A DNA stretch of 64,000 nt from Octopus vulgaris (Eukaryota). The notes under the pieces were generated by a model. It made no database searches and was not told where the DNA came from. It was given only the letters and a program-made list of their open reading frames with translations. This document shows positions 10,670-23,297 of this stretch, one piece after another. Each line of letters opens with the position of its first letter. Positions within the stretch are counted from its first letter, which is position 1. A program made the translations under genes and the position numbers. The stretch lies in NCBI GenBank assembly GCA_951406725.2, contig OX597820.1, forward strand, positions 45,074,001-45,138,000, in the 5' to 3' direction.

Positions 10670-11255
10670 AGCTGATTGTTTAAAGAAGACTTCAAACGTA
10701 ATTGATGACAACCTCTCTTGAAAATGGATAAAATTTGGTATCGTGGTGTAATCAAGTACCTACAGATATGGTTCCTAAAATCAGCAATAGTGTAAAAATG
10801 GGCAGCTGAATTCAGGATGGGACGGGAGAGTTTTGAAGATGACTCTAGGTCTGGACGCCCAGCAACTGCCACCATTGGGTAAAACATTGATCGTGCCACG
10901 TGTTCTAACACCTTCTCAAAAGCGCACCAGGCTGACCGACCACATCGCGGCAAAATCAGACATTGTTTGAGGTAGATCCAGCTGGTTTCCACGAACGTTT
11001 TCTAACACAAGATGAGTGTTGGTTTCGTCTCTGAGTCAGAGACAAAAAGACAATTTATGTCGCGGAAACACCCCCTCCTCACCTTCTTCAAAGGAGGCTA
11101 ATGTCATTTCGTCTGCATGGAAATTACGACTTCAGTTTTTTGGTATGCAAAAGGCATTGTGTTTATTGATTAACTTTAAAAGGGCTATACAATCAATGGA
11201 GAATATTTTGCCAACTTGCTGAGGTAATTATGAAAAGCTATCAAGACCATTGATG
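10670..11255 (+). mobile_element. Decayed mariner transposase remnant
   Basis: MDKIWYRGVIKYL (ATG 10724), KWAAEFRMGRESFEDDSRSGRP and SVFWYAKGIVFID..KGYTINGEYFANLL, with stops and deletions. Confidence 0.85.
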
Positions 11256-11627
11256 AAAGGGGTCTTGAATAAAAGTCTAAGGGAAATAACTCACAAGTCA
11301 AAGATAAGAATTTGAATAAATGAGCAAAGGGATGATGTACTGAATAACATACACAAAAAATTCTGAGCTTATTAAAATTACACTGTTCGAGAAAAAAATT
11401 ATGAAAACTTTTTGACCAGTGTAATTTGCATAATTAAAAAATAGATAATGAGCCAGGCACGACTGCATGGTAATAAGTTTGCTTCCCAACCACATAATTC
11501 CAAGTTCAGTTCCATTTCTTGGCACCTTGATTTCACAGACGGCATTAAAAGAAGCCTGACTTTTGTACATGCACCTTTGATGAGTTGTAGTGCACCTGGA
11601 CACTATGCACAATAATTTCATTATCAT

Positions 11628-11628
<1 letters not shown>

Positions 11629-11692
<64 letters not shown>
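11629..11692. repeat. (TA)n microsatellite after a CR1 3'-tail fragment (~11575-11628)
   Basis: Read directly; GAGTTGTAGTGCACCTG matches the CR1 3' UTR at ~26147-26163. Confidence 0.9.
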
Positions 11693-11698
<6 letters not shown>

Positions 11699-11699
11699 A

Positions 11700-11890
11700 G
11701 AGAGCTGGCAGAAACGTTAGCATGTTGGGCAAAATGCTTAGTGTATTTCGTCTGTCTTTACGTTCTGAGGTCAAATTTGCCTTTCATCCTTTTGGGGTCA
11801 ATAAATTAAGTACTAGTTGTGTGCTGGGGTCGATCTAATCGGCTGGCCCCCTCCCCCAAAATTTCGGGCCTTGTTGCCTCGATTAGAAAA
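11700..11890 (+). mobile_element. SINE family 3 with Nin-like core (GCCTTTCATCCTTTCGGGGTCGATAA)
   Basis: GAGCTGGCAGAAACGTTAGC head; other copies at ~19095-19280 (-), 21021-21253, 42935-43157 (-), 62228-62425. Confidence 0.8.
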
Positions 11891-12510
11891 AAAGAAATAT
11901 ATATATTTATAATTATCATTTAATGTTGGGTGGTTTGACAGGAGCTGGCATGCTGGAGAGCTACACCAGGCTATAATGTCTGCTTTGGCATGGTTCTGTG
12001 GCTGACTGTCGTTCTTAATGCTAACCACTTTACAAAGGGTACTGGGTGCTTTTTATGTGGCACCAAAACCTGTAGGGTTACCAAGTAACTTATGAGACAA
12101 ATATCTTTCAGCTATGAGAGGGAATGGTACCAGAGAAAGTGGCTTGGTGCCAAGTGAGAAATTAGAATATAATAGACGGATAGAGATAGGTGTTTTACTT
12201 TAGAGGAGATACTTATAAAAGAGAAGAGAGGAACAAGAGATAGGGTTAGAGAGAAAGATAGAGATATAGCCAGAGTGAAAGAGAAATAGATGTTGTTAGC
12301 AATGCAATGGGACCTGCCCACAGGGAACAGTGGGAGTATAAGTGGTACAGAGGGGATAAAGGGAAATGTTTCATTAGAGTGTGAGGAGAGATGCTCAAAG
12401 GGAAAGAGGTGACTGTAGCAAGTGATGGTGTTAGGGGCCTGCAGCAGGTGGAGATCATGGGTGCATAAGGTGGGGTACATGGCTGTAAAGGAGATGCCTG
12501 TATACATGGA

Positions 12511-13063
12511 CTAGCAATATCGCCCGGCGTTGCTCAGGTTTGTAAGGGAAATAACTATAAAGCATTTTTAGAGAGTTATAGCCAAAAAATAGCAAAAAAA
12601 TGATGGTAAATTTTTTTTGAGATTTAAAAAAGGTGGAGTTGCGTCCCCTAGACAGTTTGTGGTTCATGTTTCTGATTCTCGACCCCATGTCGAATTTATC
12701 GATTTTTTTCAGAACTGGGGGAACTTTTCAAAATTTTCGCTGTGTTAGTTTTGAATTATGGCATTGGGCTATGTGTGTGTCAAGTTTCATCAGAATCGGT
12801 TGAAAGCCGTGGTCAGGGTGAGGGTACAAGCAAACAGACACACAGAAACACGCACAGACAAACTGCCGTTTATATAGAGAGAGATTTTCAGAACTGGGGG
12901 AACTTTTCAAAATTTTCGCAGTGTTAGTTTTGAATTATGACATTGAGCTATGTGTGTGTCAAGTTTCATCAGAATCGGTTGAAAGCCGTGGTCAGGGTGA
13001 GGGTACAAGCAAACAGACACACAGAAACACGCACAGACAAACTGCCGTTTATATAGAGAGAGA
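12511..13063 (-). mobile_element. Non-autonomous Helitron with a tandemly duplicated 179-bp 5' end
   Basis: Minus strand starts TC and ends CTAG with a subterminal GC hairpin; inserted in A|T with no TSD; 12706-12884 is repeated as 12885-13063. Confidence 0.82.
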
Positions 13064-14576
13064 TATCCATGATTTTACTTAGCTTGAATGTCTTCTCAAA
13101 CACAGCAATTCATCAGATGTCTCAGTCACTCGTCATGTCTGAAAATCATTTCTTACCACTTCATCCAACCTCTTCCATAGATTCCCTCCACAATTAGAGA
13201 TTGGTACTTTTTTCTGCAGTTCTGCTCATCCATTCTTATCAGATACCAGTGGTGTCTTCTCTTTTGAACATTGTATAACAGTAGAAGTTTATTTTGTAAC
13301 GGTTGAGATTAATTTGTAAACAATAATATGGAACGTCGGAGTCGTCACCAGTTTGTAAGGATTGGTTCTTCCTTGATTGCCATTATGTAAAGATGAAGGA
13401 ACAGTGATTGAAGTTGTAAAGAAAATATTCATTTACCGTTACATTGTATATATCCAAAACCACGAAGGGTTGGTATGTATAAGTAGTAAATGGAAAAGTT
13501 GTGTCTAATAGTTGGCTGATTATAACTTTCTTTCTCCTCTGACCATTTGTCTTTAGTAGCTGCTTGCATGTGGCCATTACTAGTTGTCTGTTCACTAACC
13601 AATGACCGCTCTCACTAACATCATTCTCACTAACTGACTTTTGCTTGGGGGTTCTTGCTTTTATAACTATCCAGAAGGATAGACATATCATTGAGAACAA
13701 TAGATTTTGTTGGAGGTCTGTGATATATCTATTCTAGCTTTTGGTGAAATAGAAGAGGTTAGAAGGGTTAAGTGGTGAAGACATTATTTTGCTTAGCTAA
13801 GGCATCTGGCAAATGTAACTACTGTCACAGAAAACTATTGTTTTAACTTGAGGAAAGTGCTGTTGAACTGTTAATTCAAATTTGGCTATCTAGGATCGAA
13901 TCCATGCCATGCCTGCAAGATCCACTACATCACTCCCCTCTCCAGTTAGGTTCTGAGTGAAGGAAACGAATGATTGAAGCTGAGAAAGAAATGTATGTGA
14001 AATGCCTTGAAATATGCAGGAGCAAAAGTGTGGCATGCTGGCGTGTTGTAAGGGACAAACAACTTTCTCTATGTATGCGCAACCGACCTAGGGTCTTACA
14101 GAGACTCATTGTGTCTACAAGGGCACAGGAAGCATGAAAAACAAGCGAGAAAGCATATGTGGGGCATGAATTTGACAGAGTTAGCATGTGTGTATGTAAC
14201 AATGTGTGTGCAAGGCCAGGCGCTGAGGAAAGGCGCATGTGTGTGTATATGCAACAATGCATTTTCAAACTGAATGAGAAGAAAAATATATACATGCAAA
14301 ATGCAACGTGCAACAATGTGACTGAAAGAAAGTGGAAGTGCAAAATATGAATAAAAATGAGAAGGCATGCAAACAAAAATTCAGGTTATGAATAAATGGG
14401 ATCTTTTCTGACCGACAGATTTTTTAATTAATTTTTTTAACTAAACACTTTGAAACTTCTGATACTGTCGTACATGAACATTCATATTGCACATCCAGTG
14501 TCTATTACTATACCCTCGGGCCGATCAAAGTCTTGTGAGTTAATTTGGTAGACGGAAACTGAAAGAAGCCCGTCGA

Positions 14577-14633
<57 letters not shown>

Positions 14634-14844
14634 GTGTGTGTGTGTCTGTGCTTGTCTCCATCATCGCTTAACAACCGATATTGGTGTGTTTACGTCCAGG
14701 TAACATAGAGGTTCGGCAAAAGATACCAATAGGATAAGTACTAGGCTTAGAAAGAATAAGTCGCCGGTTCGATTTGTTCGGCTAAAGGCGGTGCTCCAGT
14801 ATGGCCACAGTCAAATGACTGAAACAAGTAAAAGAAACACATCT

Positions 14845-15056
14845 CAGAATCGTATTTCGTTTCGGAGTTTCCGTTTTTTTAATTAACCTTTTTCTTGTCA
14901 CCTGCGTTTATAAAGCTTTGACTTTTTTCATCTTAAACTTCCGGTAGTCTCCGAAGGTTACTTCCTGTCAGTTTCACTCTTATTCAGTTACGTTTTTGCC
15001 ATACGACGTGTTGCGTGCTATCAGTTTGAACTTTTGTTTTTGTTAGAATTTTATGT
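14845..15056 (+). promoter_or_regulatory. Candidate RAD17 promoter / non-coding first exon
   Basis: Locally CpG-containing unique sequence with ETS-like ACTTCCGG and ACTTCCTG and Inr-like TCAGT; donor GTAAGT at 15057-15062; the first coding exon has an acceptor, so an upstream exon is implied. Confidence 0.35.
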
Positions 15057-15230
15057 GTAAGTACATATTATTATATTACAAATTGCAAGTAAGAAATCAA
15101 AAAGATAAGCAAAAAAAAGTTGAAAACTTTTTGATATCAAAATTGTTTTTAAATTATTACACCGGGAAAAAAAAATTCAAATTTGTCAACGAATGAAATG
15201 AAGTTTCACACCAGGCTCGACCAGTCAGAG

Positions 15231-15409
15231 CAGTGCTTTTCAAACTTTTTGCTGGAGCGGAACCCCAAGGAAACATTCCACTGGCTCAGGGAACCCCTGT
15301 GCAATAATTTAATAGTCTTATGCACACATATCTGCACAGGAAAATTAAAAATTACTGCCGATTTTAGCAGTTTTGTAACTTCTTGCGGAACCCTGGTTGA
15401 AAACCACTG
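15231..15409. mobile_element. hAT (Charlie-type) MITE
   Basis: CAGTG...CACTG termini; 8-bp TSD AGTCAGAG/AATCAGAG. Confidence 0.85.
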
Positions 15410-16639
15410 AATCAGAGGAACAACAAAACTATAAATTTACCTAATTTATTTTGAATGAGGATGTCAGTTAAAACAAACTTTGGAAATGTTCTTGCCATTA
15501 TCTCATATATTATTTTAGTCGAGTCGGTGACTTACTACTTATTTCACCGGTAGGTGTACAGTGGATTCATGTAAGTTATGAATATCCTGTATTAAGGAAG
15601 ATCAAGTGCTAACTGGCTTGAACACTCTGTGACCCATTCAGATGGAACTCAGTGTAGCAAGAGACCGACTCAACCAAAAAATATACTATTAATCTCAACT
15701 ACGGTATTGAGAACTCTTTTTTTCCAACTGTCAGCATATATACACGTATACATATAGTTTAAATGTGATTAGTTTTAAATTAACACTTTCGTTGTATATT
15801 TTTACCTACTTTCATTATTGTTTTGAAATATTTCGAAAATGAGTATTTTTCTCTAAATATTTTAAATGCTTAAAATTTAATATTTGAATGTTTGACGGAA
15901 TTCTACTTTACGCATATAACCTCTCATAACTTTATTTGTCGGACTTAGGAAGCACAAACAAGTTGGAATTATTCCCGTTTTGACAGGGATTTTTGAGATT
16001 TTTTTTTTGCACGGTGTCCTTAGGGATGTTCTGGACCAGCGTTTTAGCAAAAGAAAAAATATATATTTGCGAAAAGCGATGTCTTCTTTTACGTCCCCAT
16101 TTCCCCTTCTCTGGACTGATTTCGGTCGATTTTGTTGGCACTGTGCACTTAAAAATGGCAGAGGTAAAGAATATGCCTGGTGTGCGAATTCTTTACCTTC
16201 GCCTTCTACAGTTTTTAAGTGCATAGTTCCCCCCACCCCAAATTATCGTACGTAGTGCCCACAAACTCGGTCGGGGAGCATCATTTTGCGCATTTTTTTT
16301 TTTTGTAAAAAATAAGAAATCTGAAAAATTCCAATTTGGTGCTTCTAAGGTCGACGTCCACCAAATATTTTAAGTTTTCGAAATAAAAAAAAAAAAAAAA
16401 TAGGCACCTGAATTTTTGGCTTAAATCTCAGCAATAGACCATTAAAGGTGTTTATGGGGAGAAAGATATTGAAAAACAATCACTACGTCAGACTTGACAA
16501 AAAAAAAAAAATGAGGTAATCATGAGATGTGCTAAAATAACAGCTAAATATCTCCTAAATAACGTGGTGGAGGCTTTAGTTGTTGCAGCCTCCTTTTTTG
16601 CTTTGTCGTTTCTCTTTTCTCTGTTCTTCAGCTTCAAAA

Positions 16640-17730
16640 CGGTCTGTTACAGTGGAGATGGAATGATGCCAGCTGGGCCTGTCCTGAGCTTCAATGTCCC
16701 AGGCTTTGGGATTGATTCCAGTCAGGTGTAGGCTTTGATTCAGCTGATCCTTGTATCTACAGACAACAAGCCATGGAATCTTCTTCCAGTTGCAAGTTCA
16801 CCCTATAAAATATGACAGGGCAGCCTGGTCTCTTTCATTCTTACTATGTAGCCCACCCATCTCCGATGTTTTAGGATGGTGGCCTTGATGCTGCTGCTTT
16901 TCGTTCTCCCCAGAACAGACAGCAGTCACATTGTCATTCCATTTGATATTCATAATAGTGGAGCTTCTGTTGATGAAATTGCTCTAGTTTTTTGATGTCA
17001 TTTTGGTAGAGTCCAGGTTTCACAACCATAGGGGAGACTGTAGATAACGACTGCTTGGTAGACACTCAATTTTGTTTAGTGGTTCAGGTTTTTGTTCTTA
17101 AAGACCATTTTTGCGAGTCCACCAAATGCATTGTGAGCTGCTCTTAATCTGTTCTCCACATCTTTTTCCAATGTGTTCTTGTTTGAAAGCAAACTTCCTA
17201 AGTATGAAAAGTGGTCAACTTTCTCCAGTGGCGTCTCCGAGATGGTAATGTTGAGGTTTAGAGTTTCCTGACTTAGAACAGGTTGCGCCAGGATTTTTGT
17301 CTTTTTGATGTTTGATGAAAATGTTCACTGCAGTGGCAAACTGCTGTGTTGTCATCAGCATACTGAAGTTCAGTGATCTTTTGCTTTTTGGTCAGTCTTT
17401 GTGACTTCAATATGGCATGGTTGAAACATCCCCTATCATATCAGTACCTATTGTTGGCTCTTGGATTGTCTGAAGGCAGTTCATGAAACATTACTGCAAG
17501 GTACAGGGAGAAGAGTGTCAAGGCCAAGCATGTCCTTGTTTTAATCCTCTAGTAATGGGGGAAGTCTTCAGACAATTGGTTTTGATGGAAGATAGTTCCA
17601 GTCATACCGTCATGTAATCCCTGTACTAGAGAAATGAACTGATCAGGGTAACTGCAGTGTCAGAGGACCTTCCACATTGCAGACCTTGGGATGGTGTCAG
17701 AGGCTTTTTCAAGGTTGTAGAATACAAGGT
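16640..17730 (-). mobile_element. Old RTE (BovB-like) RT fragment, heavily decayed
   Basis: Minus-strand translation TKLSVYQAVVIYSLPYGCETWTL, LKHRRWVGYIVRMKETRLP and FSYLGSLLS. Confidence 0.8.
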
Positions 17731-17801
17731 TTTTGAGAAAATTACTATTTTTAAATCTCACAATGAGAGATATTCAGCAACAGTACTTTGGAGTAAAGAT
17801 T

Positions 17802-18035
17802 TTTTGCCAACATAACATGGCAGTCCTGGTTTAGGACAGATGTTGCTGTAATTTAGCTCCTGGAGACCTCATCTCCAGCTGGCTATACGACACGATCTGT
17901 GTCCTTATAGTTTCGAACAAGGGAAAATATAAGGACACAGATTGTGTCATATAGCCAGCTGGAGATGATGTCTCCTGGGGCTAAATTACAGCAACATCTG
18001 TCCTAAACCAGAACTGCCATGTTATATTGGCAAAA
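17802..18035. repeat. Near-perfect fold-back (palindromic MITE-like) element, ~108-bp arms
   Basis: TTTTGCCAACATAACATGGCAGTCCTGGTTTAGGACAGATG... is mirrored by ...CATCTGTCCTAAACCAGAACTGCCATGTTATATTGGCAAAA; loop at ~17910-17926. Confidence 0.92.
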
Positions 18036-18288
18036 TGAGTATTTTTTCTGTCGCATTACATTCTGAGTTGAAATCCAGCTGAGGTAAACTTAGCCTTGCA
18101 TTTCTCTAATAAATACTGTAGTCTGAAGTGCACAACACTTGAATATAAAATGGGACTGCCTTTGATGGTAGATGTGTGCAATGAGAGCTGACTCTAGTTA
18201 GGCAACACAGCAAATGATATGGTATAAAAAGAACTCGTTCTGATTAGTTTCTTATTGTCTTTTTAGTATCATCACATGCGGGACAGGT

Positions 18289-18375
18289 ATGAAGAAAAAT
18301 ACCATTCAATGTACACTGTTTGAAAGCTTTTCTTCTCTACAAGATGGAATGATGGATTCTTGCGCAGCAAAGAAG
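18289..18375 (+). CDS. RAD17: RAD17 coding exon 1 (MKKNTIQCTLFESFSSLQDGMMDSCAAKK)
   Basis: Acceptor TTTTAG ends at 18266; donor AAG|GTAATT; phase 0 fits the next exon; start codon could instead be 18349 or 18352. Confidence 0.65.
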
Positions 18376-20363
18376 GTAATTGTCTTAAATTTTGTTGCAA
18401 TTAACATAGTGTATCAATCTTGTCTTTCACATAGAGATTTTCTCTAGAGTACAGTTGATTGAATCATCCTGAGTACATAACTGTCATTTGTTTTGCTTCT
18501 GGTGAGATTTGAACTCAGTAATTTAAAGAACAGGATTAAATATTTTAAGATATTTAGTAGTCTACACTATCATTTCTGTTAATGACCCTGCGCACGTAAG
18601 CAAAAGTAGGGTATTGTAATCACTCATCTTTGTGTTTGCAAAATTACTGGAAAACACCAAATTTGGCAGAAATACTCATTGGATGAGTGGCTTGAAATGA
18701 TGAAAATTTGGTTTGATTATTTGATTATCTTCAAACATACATAGGTATGCGACTGTGTATGTACAGTGGGTTTTGTTTATTTATGAGTTGATTTCTTAAT
18801 TTCACCAGAGTATAAATACCTATAATGGTGATATTTAAAAAAAACAACTTTTTTCAATTAAAGTTACAAAGTTCCCAATAAGCAAGTTTAGTCAAACATT
18901 TACAAAGCTTAATTCAGTTTAAATTAAAAATCATGGGTAAGCAATGCATTGTAAAACACACTATAACTGGCAAAAAAATTTATTTGCACACAGGTTATGC
19001 ATTTCCCTTCTGATGCCTTTTTTTTTTCGTTTATAACTCTTTTGGCACATTTCATTTTCCAACACCTTTATACATCTTTGAGCTAATCATCCAAAATATT
19101 CCTTTCTACTAACGGCACAAGGCCTTAAATTTTGGAAGAGGGGACTAGTCAATTACATCAACCCCAGTGCTTCACTGGTACCAACCCTGAAAGGATGACA
19201 GGCAAAGTTGACCTCGGTGGGTGAAATATCACTAAGCATTTCATCTAGCATGCTAATGATTCTGCCAGATTGCTGCCTTGATGCAAAATAATGAGATGTG
19301 TTCCAGCATCATGTTATCACTTGTTACTCTACATAGTACATACCATTTTATCTTATGTAATTTGATACTTTGAAGTATTTTTGCTTTTTCAAATGTCTTT
19401 TTTTTCTTCTTCACATTTTGTGCTAACCAGATAGATAATATTTTTATGATGTAAAAAGCAGTATTTACTATCCTGCAGTGTTGACCATGTTATTCAGTTC
19501 TTCCTTTTAAAAGACAGTATGGTATGGTTTGAAGTAACTTTGGATGCTATCTCTAGCAGCTAGAATGACTTCTTGAAAACTCCTTAAATACTGACAGATA
19601 TAAAGCAAATTTCTTCTAATTGCTATAGGAAACAGAATGCAATTATTAAAGGAGATTATAAGGCTGATGAAATTGGGGATAATACCACTATCATCATCTT
19701 TGAAATCTGAAACTGTATTTGTTTCTTGTATTTCTTCATATTGTCACATTTTATACAATTATATTTGAAGTATAGAGGCTTGAGATAGAGAATTGGACTA
19801 ATATGTTCAATACTTAGTCTCTCATCTCAGGTTTCAAATCTCTATAGGATCAGTAAGAATAGATTTTATTAATATTTTTTCAAATTTTGCTGTTGTATGA
19901 AATGATTCCCTGCAAGCATGGCTTTGTGGTTAGGAAGCTTGCTTCCCAACCATTTGGTCTTCAGGTTCAGTCCTACTGTGTAGCATCTTGGGCAAGTATT
20001 CTCTACTCTATCCTTAGGCTGACCAAACCCTTGTGAATGGATTTGATAGATGGAAACTGAAAGAATTTTGTTGTGTGTGTGTGTGTGTTTGTGTATTACT
20101 TTGTCTAGACATCATATGATGGTTGCAGGTGAGCATCATCATCATACAAATAAAGTTATTTGTTTCCAGTCTAGCTATGTGAAAATATTACCTTGCTTGG
20201 AAATAGATGAGGGTTGGCAGTAGGAAGGGCATTCAACTTGGAAAATCTGCCTCAACAAATTCCGTCTGACCATTAAAATGGTGATGAAGATGATGAGTTA
20301 TTTCCTTTGAACAATTATTGCTTATCAGTAAATAAATACATAAATTGTTTGTTTGATTTTCAG

Positions 20364-20588
20364 AAGAGTATGCAGTGGGTGTCTTCTGCATTTGGCAGTG
20401 GTAGTGAGCAGAATGAAACACAAAATATATCCAATAGCAAAGCATTAAAAAGGAGTTTGAGTTGTGCTTTTAGTAACAAGTCAAAATGTAAACCGCCCAG
20501 TTACAGTAACTGTAAAGCTTCTGGAATTCGTCAGAAAGAAAATTCATTTGAAGAACTCTGGGTGGATAAGCATTTCCCGTCATCTATG
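20364..20588 (+). CDS. RAD17: RAD17 coding exon 2 (KSMQWVSSAF...ELWVDKHFPSSM)
   Basis: TTTCAG acceptor, GTATGT donor; WVDKH-P matches the RFC/Rad17 WVDKYxP box. Confidence 0.9.
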
Positions 20589-20862
20589 GTATGTATGATC
20601 AGCTTTTCTTGTTTCTTGTTACTCAAGCAGGAGCTTCTGAAAGTGATATATATTGTGACTTGCATGTGTCTCAGCGAGCTGGGTCAAAAGAGTAATCAGC
20701 CTATGGATTGACACCTTGACAGTTCTAATCTGATCACCAGCATGTGTTGTGTCATGTGGTCAGATATTTAGATATTGGCTTCAAATTTTGGCACAAGGCC
20801 AGCAGTTTCGAGGGAGTGGGTATGTCAGTTACATCAGTTCCTGAGTTTAACTGGTATTTATA

Positions 20863-21006
20863 TTGACCCTGAAAGGATGAAAGGCGAAGTTGACCCTGAA
20901 AGGATGAAAGGCGAAGTTGACCCTGAAAGGATGAAAGGCGAAGTTGACCCTGAAAGGATGAAAGGCGAAGTTGACCCTGAAAGGATGAAAGGCGAAGTTG
21001 ACCCTG
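20863..21006. repeat. 27-bp tandem array (5+ copies) of the Nin-like core of a minus-strand SINE
   Basis: (GACCCTGAAAGGATGAAAGGCGAAGTT)5 plus a partial copy; units identical. Confidence 0.95.
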
Positions 21007-21020
21007 GTAGTAGTTGAACT

Positions 21021-21253
21021 AAGGCGGTAAACTGGCAGAAACGTTAGCATGCCGGGCGAAATGCTTAGCAGTATTTCGTCTGCCACTAGGTTCTGAGTTC
21101 AAATTCCGCTGAGGTTGACTTTGCCTTTTATCCTTTCGGGGTCGATAAATTAAGTACCAGTTGCGTACTGAGGTCGATATAATCGACTTAATCCGTTTGT
21201 CTGTCCTTGTTTGTCCTCTCTGTGTTTAGCCCCTTGTGGGTAGTAAAGAAATA
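21021..21253 (+). mobile_element. Family-3 SINE nested in an opposite-strand family-3 SINE
   Basis: 15-bp TSD GGTAGTAGTTGAACT at 21006-21020 and 21254-21268. Confidence 0.9.
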
Positions 21254-22925
21254 GGTAGTAGTTGAACTCAGAATGTAAAGTTGGAAGAAATGCTGGTAAA
21301 CACTTTTTCTGGTATGGAAATGATTTTGCCAGCTTGCTGCCTCATGATATTTAGATTTTAACAGCCCATATCAGCTGCAAATAGGTACTGTATCATGTAG
21401 TACTATAGGTAGGATATAACTGATAAGTATTTTATATGTTGAGTTCATCCTTCTAGGAGGCACCAGGAAACCACTTCAATATAGCCTCGCCCTCTATGAA
21501 GAGACCTTTAAATAGAGAAGATTTTATGTATTCAGTCTTAACAAAAACTGTCTATGAGTTTACTGTGCTGGATCACCGACCTTATTGGTTATGATTCAAA
21601 CCTTACTGCTGCAGTTATTTTGCTTTGATCCCGAGCAAGGAACATACCTTTACTTGTTCTAGTTAGCTAGGTTGAATGAAAGATGGTGAAGTTGAGTTTG
21701 GATAAGGCTGTGGAGAGAGAGAAGAGAAATGTGACGTTTCAAAGTTATGTCATCTGAATGAGATAGATTTTTTTTTTGTTTCCAGCTAACTAAATAAAGA
21801 GTTCTCAAGGAGATCCTTGAGTCTAGAAGATGCTATTTAAAAATGTAATTTATTGATTTGAAATTTCTTGTTCTGCTTTGTCTGGCTGACATAAAACAGG
21901 TATCTCTATTTCCTACTTCATTGTTTAGTGGTTAGCAATAGAAAGGACATGCGAATATTTAAAAACTTCATCATCATCATCGTTTAACGTCCGTTCTCCA
22001 TGCTAGCATGGGTTGGACGGTTCGACTGGGGATCTGGGAAGCCAGAAGGCTGCACCAGGCTCCGGTCTTATCTGGCAATGTTTCTACAGCTGGATGCCCT
22101 TCCTAACGCCAACCACTCTGTGAGTGTAGTGGGTGCTTTTTACGTGCCGTTTTTCCTTTGCAAGCATGGAAATACAGATGTAGATCAGTAAAAAGACAAT
22201 ATTGCTATGAGACAAGGATATATCAGTGGTTTAGTGGATATCAAACTATTTCCATCCATTTGATGTATTGCTCCTGTTCTCTTTTTATCTCTGTTCTCTG
22301 GTCTCCTGCTAGTGAGTAATGTATGAGAGCATTTTTAAATGATGTAGCCAATCTCAAAACGCTGAGCCTCATGAAGGAAATGACAGGATTGAGGTATGTA
22401 ATACATTACTGTATTCAAGAAGACCCGTCCACCACACCAGAATTGATATCCCAAAACTAAGGTGCCATGCAAAACATTGGTGTGTGTGCTGGTACTACAT
22501 AAAAAGCTCCTAGTAAACTCTGTAAAGTGGTTGGCATTAGGAAGGGCATCCAGCTGCAGAAACCAAGCCAAAACAGACTATAGAACTTGGTGCCGCCACT
22601 AGTCTTGCCAGTTCCTGTCAAGCCATCCAACCCATGCCAGCATCGAAAACTGGCATTAAATGGTGATGATAACATTACTCCAATGAAATAATAAGAACTG
22701 AAGTTGTCTTCCAACAGGAACGTTGGTAGCACTTTAACTACTTGACCATTGCAACTTGTCATCAGTAAGTTCATACCTGACCAATTCAATTCAGTTCTGC
22801 CTTAGGATATCAGGAAGATACGGCTGGTATTCCTAGCAGGTCGAGCGACCACTTTCCTTCGTTGTCGCGAATGCAAACATCAACAGTTATTGAGTGGTTG
22901 CTTCCCTTGACTTGTTTCTTACTAT

Positions 22926-23297
22926 TTTACTCTTTTACTTGTTTCAGTCATTTGACTGTGGCCATGCTGGAGCACCGCCTTTAGTCGAGCAAATCGACCT
23001 CAGGACTTATTCTTTGTAAACCTAATACTTATTCTATCGGTCTCTTTTGCCGAACCGCTAAGTTACGGGGATGTAAACACATCAGCATCGGTTGTCAAGC
23101 GATGTTGGGAAGACAAACACAAGCACACACACACATATATATTCGACGGGCTTCTTTCAGTTTCCGTCTACCAAATCTACTCACGAGGCTTTAGTTGGCC
23201 CGAGGCTATAGTAAAAGACACTTGCTCAAAGTGCTACGCAGTGGGACTGAACCCGGAACCATGTGGTTCGTAAGCAAGCTACTTACCACACAGCCAC
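22926..23297 (-). mobile_element. Family-1 SINE
   Basis: Reverse complement of the element at 8306-8689. Confidence 0.88.

Noticed and set aside
20775-21086. (DPERMKGEV)n repeat protein
   Set aside because: Translation of a 27-bp SINE-core tandem repeat inside an intron
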